Virus record (IMG/VR): IMGVR_UViG_3300024988_000067
Strand: one strand, 5' to 3'
Length of the DNA: 64,000 bases
Origin: a virus
Made by a program: the position numbers and the translations under genes. Shown one piece after another: positions 52,966 through 62,926 of the stretch. How positions within the stretch are numbered: position 1 is the stretch's first letter; every line of letters starts with the position of its first letter. The notes beneath the pieces were generated by a model. The model made no database searches and was not told the origin of the DNA. It was given only the letters and a program-made list of their open reading frames with translations.

Positions 52966-54683
52966 CCATCAGATTTGTAAAATATTGGAACGGATATTCT
53001 CCCGATGCGATCGTTTATAACCTGGGCAGTACGGAAGAAGCGCGTCTGGTATCGCTCGGATATGCCACGACTGACCTGGATGGACCTGATGGTAGTGGCG
53101 AACTCAGCCGCTGGAACCAGACCCGCAGCGGGCTGGTTGATCCAGTGACGGGCCTGTCAATAACGCCCGGATATACCAAAAAAGTCCACTCGGTCAAAGG
53201 AAAGCAAATCCTCGACTTTGCTGATCCGACCTTCCTCGCATCCGGCGCCTCGTTCTCCGGCGCAGGCTCCTACCTGAGCGCCGGACGCGTTGCCGTCCAG
53301 TCAACTGGAACTCTGGTAAATAATCCGACCGGCTGGCATGACGGTACACCATGCCTTGAATTTACGCCGAATGCGGATACTGCCGAATTCCGCTTCTATT
53401 TCGATGGAGCGCTAGGCGCAGGGCTGCCGAACTCTCCGATGAACTTCAACGATGTGAACGGCATCGCAATGGACTTCGACATCACTGGTGTCGATACCAC
53501 CAAGTCGAACTTCAGCATCGGGATGGAGTTCTCGACCGACGCGACCAGCCTTTTCCCATCAAATAAGGCAGGATTCAGCTGGTTCATCAACAACTCAGCC
53601 TCAACTGCAACCTATAAGGAATTCAAGGGTCGCAAGTATTACCGCTTTCGATTCGACAGCACGACTACTGACGCAAAATGCAGTCAATTCCCAGGATACG
53701 GTCTTAGTGCGGTTTTGTCTGGTACTGGCGCCGACTATACCGCCCCGATCAAGTTCATTCGGATGACGCTCACCAAGTTCTCAGGCAAGACCATCAAGTT
53801 CAAGCGTCTGCTGCGTGGCGGGTACTCCACGCCTTGCATCATCATGGGTACGGATAACGCAGGGCCGTTGTCTCTGGATACGCTGGTCGCTCCGCTGGTT
53901 GCAAAGAATGCAGTCGGGTTTTATGCCAATCAGTATTGGGCTGAACTCGACGCAAGTAGCGGCGCAGCGCTTGAACGCTTCAACCGCCTTTACGACGCTG
54001 GATGGGAGCTGAACGGAAACGATGTGATTGATCGCCCGCTTGGTGCAACTGTGCTGGACCAGCCGACGATGGCTTCTGCCATTCAGACCACCCGCACCCG
54101 GCAGATTGCGGAAGGCTGGCAGGAGGGATGCCGAGTCTGGGTAGCGAACAACAACAGCACCAGCTACCTGATGATTCAGGAATTGCAGGCAGCCGGATAT
54201 GTGGCAAACCGCAATGGAACTGAAGAGGGGCGTTATGTTTTCCCCGAAGGCGGTGTGCCTGACGCATTCCGCATGCCTTCGCCTTCATGTGACGGGAAGT
54301 TTCTGGCAGACATCCAGCCGATGATTGATCGCTGCGTCGAGTATGGCGCGACGATGTGGCTGTATTTCCATAACACCTGGTCCAAGGCGCAGATCGACTC
54401 CGACCGCACCAACAACGTCACTGGAACAGTGGGTGCCCCCATTGCCGTGAATGCCGGAGAAACCCCCGCCGCCTATCGTGCACGGGCAGTTGCGCTCGGC
54501 ACGGCGGTAGGCACCGCCACAGTGACGTACCTTGACAGCAAGATTGGCAGCTCCGGGGCGGCATTGGCGATTTTCTACGAAGACCTGCAACCGATCATCG
54601 AGTACATCGGCACACAGGAACGCGCTGGTGTGCTGGTATCACGTCGGCCTTCGGATTGGTGCCGGGATGTCGGGTTGCTGTAA
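52962..54683 (+). CDS. Virion protein with deacetylase-like domain (copy B)
   Basis: Repeat of 14213-15934. Confidence 0.55.
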   Translation: MTIRFVKYWNGYSPDAIVYNLGSTEEARLVSLGYATTDLDGPDGSGELSRWNQTRSGLVDPVTGLSITPGYTKKVHSVKGKQILDFADPTFLASGASFSGAGSYLSAGRVAVQSTGTLVNNPTGWHDGTPCLEFTPNADTAEFRFYFDGALGAGLPNSPMNFNDVNGIAMDFDITGVDTTKSNFSIGMEFSTDATSLFPSNKAGFSWFINNSASTATYKEFKGRKYYRFRFDSTTTDAKCSQFPGYGLSAVLSGTGADYTAPIKFIRMTLTKFSGKTIKFKRLLRGGYSTPCIIMGTDNAGPLSLDTLVAPLVAKNAVGFYANQYWAELDASSGAALERFNRLYDAGWELNGNDVIDRPLGATVLDQPTMASAIQTTRTRQIAEGWQEGCRVWVANNNSTSYLMIQELQAAGYVANRNGTEEGRYVFPEGGVPDAFRMPSPSCDGKFLADIQPMIDRCVEYGATMWLYFHNTWSKAQIDSDRTNNVTGTVGAPIAVNAGETPAAYRARAVALGTAVGTATVTYLDSKIGSSGAALAIFYEDLQPIIEYIGTQERAGVLVSRRPSDWCRDVGLL

Positions 54684-54754
54684 TACCACCTAATACCAAC
54701 TACCCAGCCGCCTTCGGGCGGCGTTTTTCATTCCACCAGCATCAAGGCCAATCA

Positions 54755-55057
54755 ATGAACGAAAGCATTGACGGAATCAAGCAGGCCGCGTCCTGCGCAG
54801 GGGGATGGCATCACTGGATCCCATTTGCGGCGCTCATGGCAAAGGATGCCGTCCCGCAAAACAGACCGATGGCGACGAGGCTGGTTGAGCAGGCCTTCGT
54901 CGCGATCATCGCCGGCGGCGGCTCGGCCTACACGGTAAACGATGCCGTCCAGGCCCGCCATGACGAGCAGATCAAGGCGCTCAAGGAACAGGTGCGCGAC
55001 AGCGAAGTGCGGCTCACTGCCCAGATCATGGAACTGCGCGCGCGGCAACTCAAATGA
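54755..55057 (+). CDS. Membrane/coiled-coil protein (copy B)
   Basis: Repeat of 16006-16308. Confidence 0.55.
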   Translation: MNESIDGIKQAASCAGGWHHWIPFAALMAKDAVPQNRPMATRLVEQAFVAIIAGGGSAYTVNDAVQARHDEQIKALKEQVRDSEVRLTAQIMELRARQLK

Positions 55058-55248
55058 CCGCGCCGCGCAAGGTGACTGTCCAGGTATCCGTCTGGTTCGA
55101 GGATATGGCCATGGAAGACACCGACGCGGCGATGGACATCATCAAAAGCATTCTGGCCACGACCAGCCATGAATGCCAGGACGAAATAAAACGGGCGCTG
55201 GCCGCTGCCGGTGCCCGTGACATCAGCATCAGCATGCTGGCCTACTGA
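55054..55248 (+). CDS. Hypothetical protein (copy B)
   Basis: Repeat of 16305-16499. Confidence 0.55.
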   Translation: MTAPRKVTVQVSVWFEDMAMEDTDAAMDIIKSILATTSHECQDEIKRALAAAGARDISISMLAY

Positions 55249-55259
55249 AAGGATCTCCC

Positions 55260-55502
55260 ATGAAAACCCTCATCTCCGCCGCGCTCGCCGTGGCGCTGTC
55301 CGGTTGCGCCCAATATGGCGTGGTCAAGACCGCCGTTGCTGTCGAAGGCGCCAAGGCAGCAGACGAAGTGCGCGCCACCGCAGAATGGACACTGTGCGAC
55401 GCCATCAGCGTCGGCGCCTGGCGTCGCGCCTATGCCGGCGATCCGGTGAAGGCCGATGGCTGGAAATCGCTGTGCACGGCGCCTGCTGGAGCCCCGCAGT
55501 GA
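55260..55502 (+). CDS. Lipoprotein (copy B)
   Basis: Repeat of 16511-16753. Confidence 0.75.
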   Translation: MKTLISAALAVALSGCAQYGVVKTAVAVEGAKAADEVRATAEWTLCDAISVGAWRRAYAGDPVKADGWKSLCTAPAGAPQ

Positions 55503-55933
55503 GCGAACTCATCCGCCTCGACCGCATGGGCTCCACGCCCTGGGGCACGCTCGGCACCCTGCGCCTGCCGGATGGGACTGCATTCCCCACGCTGGAACCG
55601 CAGTGGCGCGGCAACATGAGCAGCATCAGCTGCATCCCGGCCGGCGAATACGCACTGGCCATGCGCAGCTCGCCCATCGTTGCCAAGACCAGCGGCTTCG
55701 AGTTCGGCCGCGGCTGGGAGATCGACGGCGTGCCAGGGCGCGATCTGATCATGATCCACCCGGGAAACTGGGAAAAGAACACCGAAGGCTGCATCCTGGT
55801 GGGCCGTGCCCACGCCGTCATCCAGGGTACGCCCGGCGTCACCGCCAGCCGCGCCGCATTCAAAGACCTGATGGCGCGTCTCGCCAAGCGCGCTGACTGG
55901 CGCATCGCCATCGCCTGGCTGGTGCCGCAATGA
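55499..55933 (+). CDS. DUF5675-family protein (copy B)
   Basis: Repeat of 16750-17184. Confidence 0.75.
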   Translation: MSELIRLDRMGSTPWGTLGTLRLPDGTAFPTLEPQWRGNMSSISCIPAGEYALAMRSSPIVAKTSGFEFGRGWEIDGVPGRDLIMIHPGNWEKNTEGCILVGRAHAVIQGTPGVTASRAAFKDLMARLAKRADWRIAIAWLVPQ

Positions 55934-56658
55934 TCATCGCGCCCGACGATCCCTGCCTCGTCGAAGCCCTGCTCGATCCACGCTTCATCCGGCGCTACCT
56001 TGCCGAGGGCGACTCCTGGTTCTCGCTCGGCGGATGGACCGGAAACCAACTCATGGCGCTCGACGACGACAACACCCTGATCGTCAATTGCGCATATCCA
56101 GGCGACACCCTGAAAGACATGGGGCGCAGCCAGTTCGCCGCCGCGCTGTCGGCGACGGATGGGATCAAGCCATGGACAGCCGTGCTGCTCTCCGGCGGCG
56201 GCAACGATCTGCTGAAACGCTGCACGCAATACATCGTGCCAGATCCATCCGGCCCGATTGATTTCGATTCGCTCTCCGCCATCCTGGCTGAGATCGAACG
56301 TCATCTCGTACGCATCCTGGATCTATGCCGCACCGCTCAGCCGGGCGTGCCTGTGTACATGCACACATACGACCATCCGCCGGTCAGCCGGCGCTGGTGG
56401 TGGTGGCAGCTTGGGCCATGGGTATCGCCGGCGCTCAGAGCCGCAAGCATCGATCGCTCAAGATGGGACGGCCTCGCCGCCATGCTGATCGATAACTTCG
56501 CCGAACTGCTACACAAACTGTCCGCATCCTGGCCCAGCCTCACCGTCGTCGAAACGCGCGGCAATTTGCTGGCCAGCGACTGGCAGAACGAAATCCACCC
56601 GAAAACCATCGGGTACCACGAGCTCGCCCGCCCCTGGCGACGAGCGCTCAACCACTGA
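55930..56658 (+). CDS. SGNH/GDSL hydrolase (copy B)
   Basis: Repeat of 17181-17909. Confidence 0.8.
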   Translation: MIIAPDDPCLVEALLDPRFIRRYLAEGDSWFSLGGWTGNQLMALDDDNTLIVNCAYPGDTLKDMGRSQFAAALSATDGIKPWTAVLLSGGGNDLLKRCTQYIVPDPSGPIDFDSLSAILAEIERHLVRILDLCRTAQPGVPVYMHTYDHPPVSRRWWWWQLGPWVSPALRAASIDRSRWDGLAAMLIDNFAELLHKLSASWPSLTVVETRGNLLASDWQNEIHPKTIGYHELARPWRRALNH

Positions 56659-56671
56659 AAGGAGCAGCACC

Positions 56672-56908
56672 ATGCAATATCAAAGCAAAGCCGCCATCCA
56701 AAGCCTGGGCGTTACCGGCCCGCTCATCTCCATCATTGTCATCGCCCTCGGCATGTTCGGCATCGATGTGTCGAAAGACCTGGCCGGATTCGCCGACACC
56801 ATCGCTGCCATGATCGACAACGGCATCGTCATCGTCGGCATCGTCGTCGGCATCTACGGCCGCATCCGCGCCTCCGCCCAGATCACCGGCCTGTTCCGCG
56901 CCAAGTAA
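56672..56908 (+). CDS. Holin-like protein (copy B)
   Basis: Repeat of 17923-18159. Confidence 0.6.
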   Translation: MQYQSKAAIQSLGVTGPLISIIVIALGMFGIDVSKDLAGFADTIAAMIDNGIVIVGIVVGIYGRIRASAQITGLFRAK

Positions 56909-56912
56909 ACCG

Positions 56913-57491
56913 ATGCGCATCAAGCTCATCAGCGGCCCGGCAGCCGAGCCGATCACCGCAGCCGACATCGTCGGCCGCATCGGCGTCAACGTCGGCGACA
57001 TCGCCAGCGCCGACCTTACCGCCATGATCGCCAGCGCCCGCCGCTGGGTGGAGGACTACACCAGCCGCGCGCTGATCGACCAGACGCTCGAGCTCGCGCT
57101 CGATGCGTTCGACAGCGCGCCCATCGAGCTGCCGCGCTCGCCGGTGTCGGCCATTACCTCGGTCAAATACACCGACACCGCCGGCGCCGAGCAGACCGTC
57201 AACGCGGCAGGCTATGTGCTAGACGACTACGACAGCGTGCACCGCCTGCTGCTCGCCTACGGCTATGCATGGCCCAGCCCGCGCGTCCAGCCCAACGCCG
57301 TGCGCATCCGCTACGTCGCCGGCTACGGCGCCGACGGCACCGCCGTGCCGGAACCCATCGTCCAGGCCATCGTCCTCATCGTCGGCCAGGCCTACCGCGC
57401 CCAGCCCGGCCGCGAATCCGGCCTTTACCCGGCGATGATCCCCAACGCCGCCAAGGAACTGCTGGCGCCGTTCCGCCTGCTGGCCTTCTGA
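56913..57491 (+). CDS. Head-tail connector (copy B)
   Basis: Repeat of 18164-18742. Confidence 0.85.
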   Translation: MRIKLISGPAAEPITAADIVGRIGVNVGDIASADLTAMIASARRWVEDYTSRALIDQTLELALDAFDSAPIELPRSPVSAITSVKYTDTAGAEQTVNAAGYVLDDYDSVHRLLLAYGYAWPSPRVQPNAVRIRYVAGYGADGTAVPEPIVQAIVLIVGQAYRAQPGRESGLYPAMIPNAAKELLAPFRLLAF

Positions 57492-57492
57492 C

Positions 57493-57957
57493 ATGCATGC
57501 CCGCCAGCAGATCCTCGCCGCCGTCGCCGGCCTGCTCGACGCTGCCGTATCGCCGTCATGGAAGGGCGTCTACGTCTCATCGGTCGCGCCCGGGATCAAC
57601 TCGCTGCCGTGCGCGCTGGTCAGCCAGGTCAGCGAGCCCGCCGGGCCGGTGCCGAATTCCGGTTTCATCGACGGCAGCCGCCAGTGGCGCACCCTTACCC
57701 TGTCAGTGCTCTACGTCGAGCGCGCGCGCGCCAAGCCGGAGGACACCACCGCCGCGCTCAATGCTGCCGCTGCCGAAATCGAAACCGCCGTCACCCTGAC
57801 TGCGCTGCAAGGCGTGCTAGCCAACGTCAAGGCAGGCGCGCTGCAGGGAACCGAAATCGACGAAGAGCCGGACGAATCCGGCTTCGTCGGCATCTCGGTC
57901 AGCTTCAGCTTCGAATACATGACCGAAGAAGGCGCCCCCGAAACCCTGATTGCCTGA
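57493..57957 (+). CDS. Tail completion-like protein (copy B)
   Basis: Repeat of 18744-19208. Confidence 0.55.
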   Translation: MHARQQILAAVAGLLDAAVSPSWKGVYVSSVAPGINSLPCALVSQVSEPAGPVPNSGFIDGSRQWRTLTLSVLYVERARAKPEDTTAALNAAAAEIETAVTLTALQGVLANVKAGALQGTEIDEEPDESGFVGISVSFSFEYMTEEGAPETLIA

Positions 57958-58035
57958 TCAATCTGTCAAGGAATCCTTGACAGCTCGTTCCACCAACCAG
58001 CCCGCCACCAGGCGGGTTTTTTTTTGGAGAAAACC

Positions 58036-58701
58036 ATGTCCGTCTACCTGCCCAACGGCTCCAAGTTCTACATCGGCTCCACCTATGGCGCCGACAAAAC
58101 CTACACCACCGCCAGCAACGCCAGCGAATGCGTGTTGTCGTTTGCAGCCGATCCCGCGCTCGCCACCGGCGACTACTTCCAGATCAACTGCGGCTGGGAA
58201 GAGATCGACGGCAACGTCTACCGCGTCAAGACCGCGTCAGGAACCGGGCCTTACCTGGTGACCATCGAAGGCCTCGATACCTCCAGCACCACCACGTTCC
58301 CCGCTGGCGGAGGTGACGCAGGCACCGTGCGCGAGGTCAGTACCTGGACCGAAATCACCCAGGTCGAAACCCCAAACACCAGCGGCGGAGAACAACAGTT
58401 CATCAATTACCAGCTGCTGTCATCGACCCGCGAGCGCCGCCTACCCAGCTATCGCAACGCCCAGGGCATCCAGCTTACGTTCTTCGACGACCCCACGCTG
58501 GCCTGGTATGCCTCCGTCCTGGCCGCCAGCAACGACAGCGCCAACGACTATGCCATCAAGGTTGATCTCAAGTCCGGCGCCAAGATCGTCTCCGCCGGCT
58601 ACTGGTCGCTGCAGAAAATGCCGCAGATGGCAGCCAACACGCCGATGAAAGCCAACATCGACGTTGCCATCGTCAACGACACCGTCCGCTACGCATCGTA
58701 A
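58036..58701 (+). CDS. Major tail protein (copy B)
   Basis: Repeat of 19287-19952. Confidence 0.85.
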   Translation: MSVYLPNGSKFYIGSTYGADKTYTTASNASECVLSFAADPALATGDYFQINCGWEEIDGNVYRVKTASGTGPYLVTIEGLDTSSTTTFPAGGGDAGTVREVSTWTEITQVETPNTSGGEQQFINYQLLSSTRERRLPSYRNAQGIQLTFFDDPTLAWYASVLAASNDSANDYAIKVDLKSGAKIVSAGYWSLQKMPQMAANTPMKANIDVAIVNDTVRYAS

Positions 58702-58767
58702 AAATACCGTTCGGGCTGAGCTTGTCGAAGCCTGAACGGCTTAAATGGAAAACAACAAGGAATCCGC

Positions 58768-59103
58768 ATGCCCACAACGTTTCAGGTCAACCCGCAGCCA
58801 ACTTTTCTCGCCACAGTCGACATCCCGGTCGCTGGCAGGGATCCGCAGCCGCTTGAGCTCCAATTCGTCCACCGCACCGTCGACGAGCTGAAATCCTTGT
58901 TCGAAACCTTCGAAGGCCGCAAGGACATCGACTGTGTCATGGATTTCGTGTCCGGCTGGAACAACGTCAGCAATGAACAAGGCGAGAAGACCGAATTCAG
59001 CCGAGAAGCCATGGATGCGCTGCTGCAGGACTACGGCCGCGCCAGCCTCGCCATCCGCAACGCCTACGTCTTCGAACTCACTGGCGCCCGCCTGGGAAAC
59101 TGA
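58768..59103 (+). CDS. Tail assembly chaperone (copy B)
   Basis: Repeat of 20019-20354. Confidence 0.85.
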   Translation: MPTTFQVNPQPTFLATVDIPVAGRDPQPLELQFVHRTVDELKSLFETFEGRKDIDCVMDFVSGWNNVSNEQGEKTEFSREAMDALLQDYGRASLAIRNAYVFELTGARLGN

Positions 59104-59426
59104 AAGCGGCGGCTGCCGCCTGGTACGCCCAGCCGCCGCGATTCGATGAGGAAGAGGCCGCCCGATTCGGCCTCACCGCTGCCGACTACGCCGAAGACGA
59201 AACCCTCTTCGAGCTGTGGCCTGACAACGCCGAATCGTTCTCCGTATTCATCGCCCTGCAAACCCAGTGGCGAATTGGCGGCATGGGTGCGAGCGGGCTG
59301 GATTACTGCGCAATCGAACCGGTGCTGCGCCTGAAGGCTATCGCCTGCGAGCGCTGGCCGGCGCTGTTCGAAGACCTGCGCGTCATGGAGCGCGCCGCGC
59401 TCAACGTAATCAACAAAAAGGACTGA
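59094..59426 (+). CDS. Frameshift extension, DUF1799-like (copy B)
   Basis: Repeat of 20345-20677. Confidence 0.8.
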   Translation, partial: GKLKAAAAAWYAQPPRFDEEEAARFGLTAADYAEDETLFELWPDNAESFSVFIALQTQWRIGGMGASGLDYCAIEPVLRLKAIACERWPALFEDLRVMERAALNVINKKD

Positions 59427-59427
59427 C

Positions 59428-59958
59428 ATGCCTCTGGTGGGGATCGACGACTTCAACAAGGCGCTGGCCGAGTTGAAGGCCGACCTGCGCAAGCGCGTCG
59501 TGCGCTCGGCGCTGCGGGCCGGCCTCAAGCCCATGCTCGAACAGGCCAGGCGCAATGCACCCGAGCTGCAAAAACCGCATCCCTACCGTATCAAGGGGCT
59601 GGTCAAATCACGCATCGTCATCACCGCCAGCCGCATCGCCACCCGCCGTGGCGAAATCGGCGTCTACCTCAAGCCGCGCGCCGCGCCTGGCGTCACCAAG
59701 GGCGCGAAGTCTCCGCTCGATCCGTTTTATTACCGATTCGTCGCTGGTGGCTTCCATGCTGTAGGCGGTCGACGCATCAAGGGTGGCCGGGTTACCCGCA
59801 AAGCCAACCTCGCCGCGCGCGTCAAGGCTGGCAAGGCACGATTTGTGCCTGGCGTCGACTTCATCGGCAATGCCTTCCGCGCCACCGCAAGCCAGGCGCT
59901 GGAGATTTTTCAGCAAAAGCTCAAGGCGCGCATCGACGCGGCCAACCGGAGAAAATAA
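59428..59958 (+). CDS. HK97 gp10-family protein (copy B)
   Basis: Repeat of 20679-21209. Confidence 0.75.
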   Translation: MPLVGIDDFNKALAELKADLRKRVVRSALRAGLKPMLEQARRNAPELQKPHPYRIKGLVKSRIVITASRIATRRGEIGVYLKPRAAPGVTKGAKSPLDPFYYRFVAGGFHAVGGRRIKGGRVTRKANLAARVKAGKARFVPGVDFIGNAFRATASQALEIFQQKLKARIDAANRRK

Positions 59959-62061
59959 ATGGCATTTTCAACGCTTGCCGTCGACTTCACCGCCCGCATG
60001 GCGGGGTTCGAAGAGGGCATCAACAAGGCATCGCGCGGGGTCGACCAGCTGAACAACAGGGTCAGCGCTGCGGCCGCCGGGATCAAATCGACATTTGGAA
60101 CCCTTGGTATAGGCCTCGGCGTAGGTGCCTTCGCTGCCTTGGCCAAATCCGGCATCGACGCCGCCGATTCCATGAACGACCTCAGCGCGCGCACCGGCGT
60201 TGCCGTGCAGACGCTGGCCGGCTACAAGCTCGCCGCCGACCAGAGCGGCACCAGCCTAGATGCGCTGGGACTTGGCATCCAGAAGCTGACCCTGTCCATC
60301 GGTCAGGCTGAATCCGGCAGCAAGGAGCAGGCGGCCGCGCTGAAAAACCTCGGCATCACCGCGCGCGATCCGCAGCAGGCCTTCGAGCAGCTCGCCGACG
60401 CCGTCGCCCACAGCAACGACCCGATCAAGACCAACGCCAACCTGCAGAAGCTTCTTGGCAAGAATTATGCCGAACTGCTGCCACTGTTGCAGGGGGGGGC
60501 GCAGGGTCTGCGCGATTCGGCCGCTGCGTCGAAGACCTTCGCCGAGCAGATGGCCAAGCTTGCGCCGGATGCGGACAAGTTCAACGACAACCTGGCCAAG
60601 ATGAAGACCAACGCGGCCGGCGTGGCGGCGACCATGATCAATGCCCTGGTGCCTGCGCTGAATAATGTGTTTGATCGATTCGATCGGTTATCGAAACTCG
60701 ACAGCGCGACCTTCTTCGAAAAACTCACCGGCCAGATCAGCGCCGACCTGCCGTCCAGCATCGCCAACGTCAACGGAAAGATCAAGGATCTGGAAGCCGA
60801 CATCGAGCGCCTCACCCGCAACTCGACTGGACAGGATTCGTCCATCCTGCCGCTGAAACAGGAACTGGCACGCCTCAAGCAACTGAAGGCAGAACTGCGC
60901 AGCGTATCGCTGGGCGAAGCGATGAAGCTCGCCGATGCGCAGTACAAGAAACCGCCGGCCGGCTATGGGGTACCTGGCACGATTCAGGCGGCCCCGGACA
61001 AGGCCGGAAAAACCCGGTCGGTATCCGACCCGCTCGCACCGTATCTGAGCCAGACCGACACCGCGCGCGCGGCTGAATACGAAAAACTGCTCGGCCTGCT
61101 CGAGGCGCGCTTCAGTTCAGGAAAGATCAAGGCTGGTCAGTACCAGGAAACCATGGCTGCGCTGAACAAGCAGTTCGGGCGTGAAATGCTCGATCCGCTC
61201 GGCTCTGGCTCATTCAAGACGACCAACAAGGATGTTGCCGCATTCATCAAGGATCAGCAGAACTCGATCAATGAATTAAATGGCGACATCTCCAAAGAGC
61301 AGCGCGACGCGGCACAGGGCGAACTCGACCGGCTAAACGCCATGATCGCCAATTCTGACTTTGGAAAGCTTAAGAAAGATCAGGAAGACATGATCTTTCT
61401 CACCCGTGCCTTTACTGACGGGATCAAGGATGCCGACGGAAATCTGCGCAAGCTTTCCGAATCGGAATACATCCAGATCACAACAAGTCGACTCGGTCTG
61501 GCCAAAGACAAAGTAGGCGAGCTCGATGTCTTCGCCAAAAAGGCTGCCGAGAATATCCAGCAATCGTTTTCCGATTTCCTGTTCGATCCCTTCGATAAGG
61601 GGATGAGCGGCATGCTCAAGAGCTTTGGCCAGACGATCCAGCGCATGATCGCCGACGCCGTGGCGGCCGACCTCACCAAGCGGCTATTTGGCGACCTGGT
61701 CCAGGGCGGAAGCGGATCCGGGGTGGCGGGCGGTTTGCTGAAGTCGGCTGGGGGCCTGTTCGACAACGGCGTCGGAAACGGACAAAACCTGTTCGGAGAC
61801 ATCGCCAGCCTGTTTGGCTTCGCCACGGGCGGCGCCTTCACGGTCGGCGGCGGCGGCGGAACCGATTCCCAGCTGGTGGCGTTTCGCGCCACGCCTGGCG
61901 AGCGGGTCGACATCCGCACGCCAGGCCAGATGAAGGATTCCGGCGGCCACACCATCATCGTCAACGTCAATGGCGGCAACGCACCCGACGTGCGCCGCGC
62001 AGCTGCCCAGGGCGCGCGCGAGGCGCTTGGTTTCATGAGCGGAGCGCAGCGCTATGCCTGA
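59959..62061 (+). CDS. Tape measure protein (copy B)
   Basis: Repeat of 21210-23312. Confidence 0.9.
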   Translation: MAFSTLAVDFTARMAGFEEGINKASRGVDQLNNRVSAAAAGIKSTFGTLGIGLGVGAFAALAKSGIDAADSMNDLSARTGVAVQTLAGYKLAADQSGTSLDALGLGIQKLTLSIGQAESGSKEQAAALKNLGITARDPQQAFEQLADAVAHSNDPIKTNANLQKLLGKNYAELLPLLQGGAQGLRDSAAASKTFAEQMAKLAPDADKFNDNLAKMKTNAAGVAATMINALVPALNNVFDRFDRLSKLDSATFFEKLTGQISADLPSSIANVNGKIKDLEADIERLTRNSTGQDSSILPLKQELARLKQLKAELRSVSLGEAMKLADAQYKKPPAGYGVPGTIQAAPDKAGKTRSVSDPLAPYLSQTDTARAAEYEKLLGLLEARFSSGKIKAGQYQETMAALNKQFGREMLDPLGSGSFKTTNKDVAAFIKDQQNSINELNGDISKEQRDAAQGELDRLNAMIANSDFGKLKKDQEDMIFLTRAFTDGIKDADGNLRKLSESEYIQITTSRLGLAKDKVGELDVFAKKAAENIQQSFSDFLFDPFDKGMSGMLKSFGQTIQRMIADAVAADLTKRLFGDLVQGGSGSGVAGGLLKSAGGLFDNGVGNGQNLFGDIASLFGFATGGAFTVGGGGGTDSQLVAFRATPGERVDIRTPGQMKDSGGHTIIVNVNGGNAPDVRRAAAQGAREALGFMSGAQRYA

Positions 62062-62926
62062 GTTTCTCGAAGAGCGCCTGCCCGTCGGCGTGCGCATGGG
62101 CGCGAGCTACGCCGACCAGTACAACGTCGAGATCACGCAAACCGCAGCCGGCAGCGAATATCGCCGGCTGGTGCATCCGTACCCGGTGCGTGTGTTCAAC
62201 GTCGCCTACACGCAGCTCACGGCCGACATGTGGAACCAGGTGTTGGCGCTGTATCACCGCGCCTACGGCATGTTCTCCGGCTTTCGCGTCAAGGCGATTG
62301 ACGACTACACCACCAACGCGCGCACCGCGGCGCCCACGGCCACCGACCAAACGCTGGAAGTGATCACCGCCGGCACGGTATACCAGCTGCAGACCAAGTA
62401 CGGCACCGGCGGCACGCCGCTATCGATCGGTGAACCGGTGCGCACCATCTTCAAGCCCGTGGCAGGCACCACGCGCGTGGCGATCGGCACGCTGGAGCAG
62501 GGCGCGCTGATGTGGAGCGTGTCGACCACCACCGGCCGCGTCACCTTCGCCGCCAACAAGACGCGCGCGATCACCGGCATCAGCAAGGCCGCAAGCGCCG
62601 TCGTCACCGTGGGCGCGCATACCTTCGTCGTCGGCGAATCGGTGCACTTTTCCGGCGTATCCGGCATGACGCAGATCAATGGCCTGCGCGGCACCATCAC
62701 GGCTATAGGCGCGACGGACATCACCGTGGCGATTGATTCCAGCGCGTTTTCCACCTGGACCAGCGGCGGCAACGTCAACACCAATCCGCAAACTGGCGAG
62801 ACCGTCTACGGCGGCTGCGAATTCGATATTCCCTGCCGCTTCAACAGCCGCATCGACGTCACCGCGCTGGCGCCCGGCGTGCGCGAGACCACGCAGATCG
62901 AGATCATGGAGCTGCTTAATCCATGA
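62054..62926 (+). CDS. DUF2460 distal tail protein (copy B)
   Basis: Repeat of 23305-24177. Confidence 0.8.
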   Translation: MPEFLEERLPVGVRMGASYADQYNVEITQTAAGSEYRRLVHPYPVRVFNVAYTQLTADMWNQVLALYHRAYGMFSGFRVKAIDDYTTNARTAAPTATDQTLEVITAGTVYQLQTKYGTGGTPLSIGEPVRTIFKPVAGTTRVAIGTLEQGALMWSVSTTTGRVTFAANKTRAITGISKAASAVVTVGAHTFVVGESVHFSGVSGMTQINGLRGTITAIGATDITVAIDSSAFSTWTSGGNVNTNPQTGETVYGGCEFDIPCRFNSRIDVTALAPGVRETTQIEIMELLNP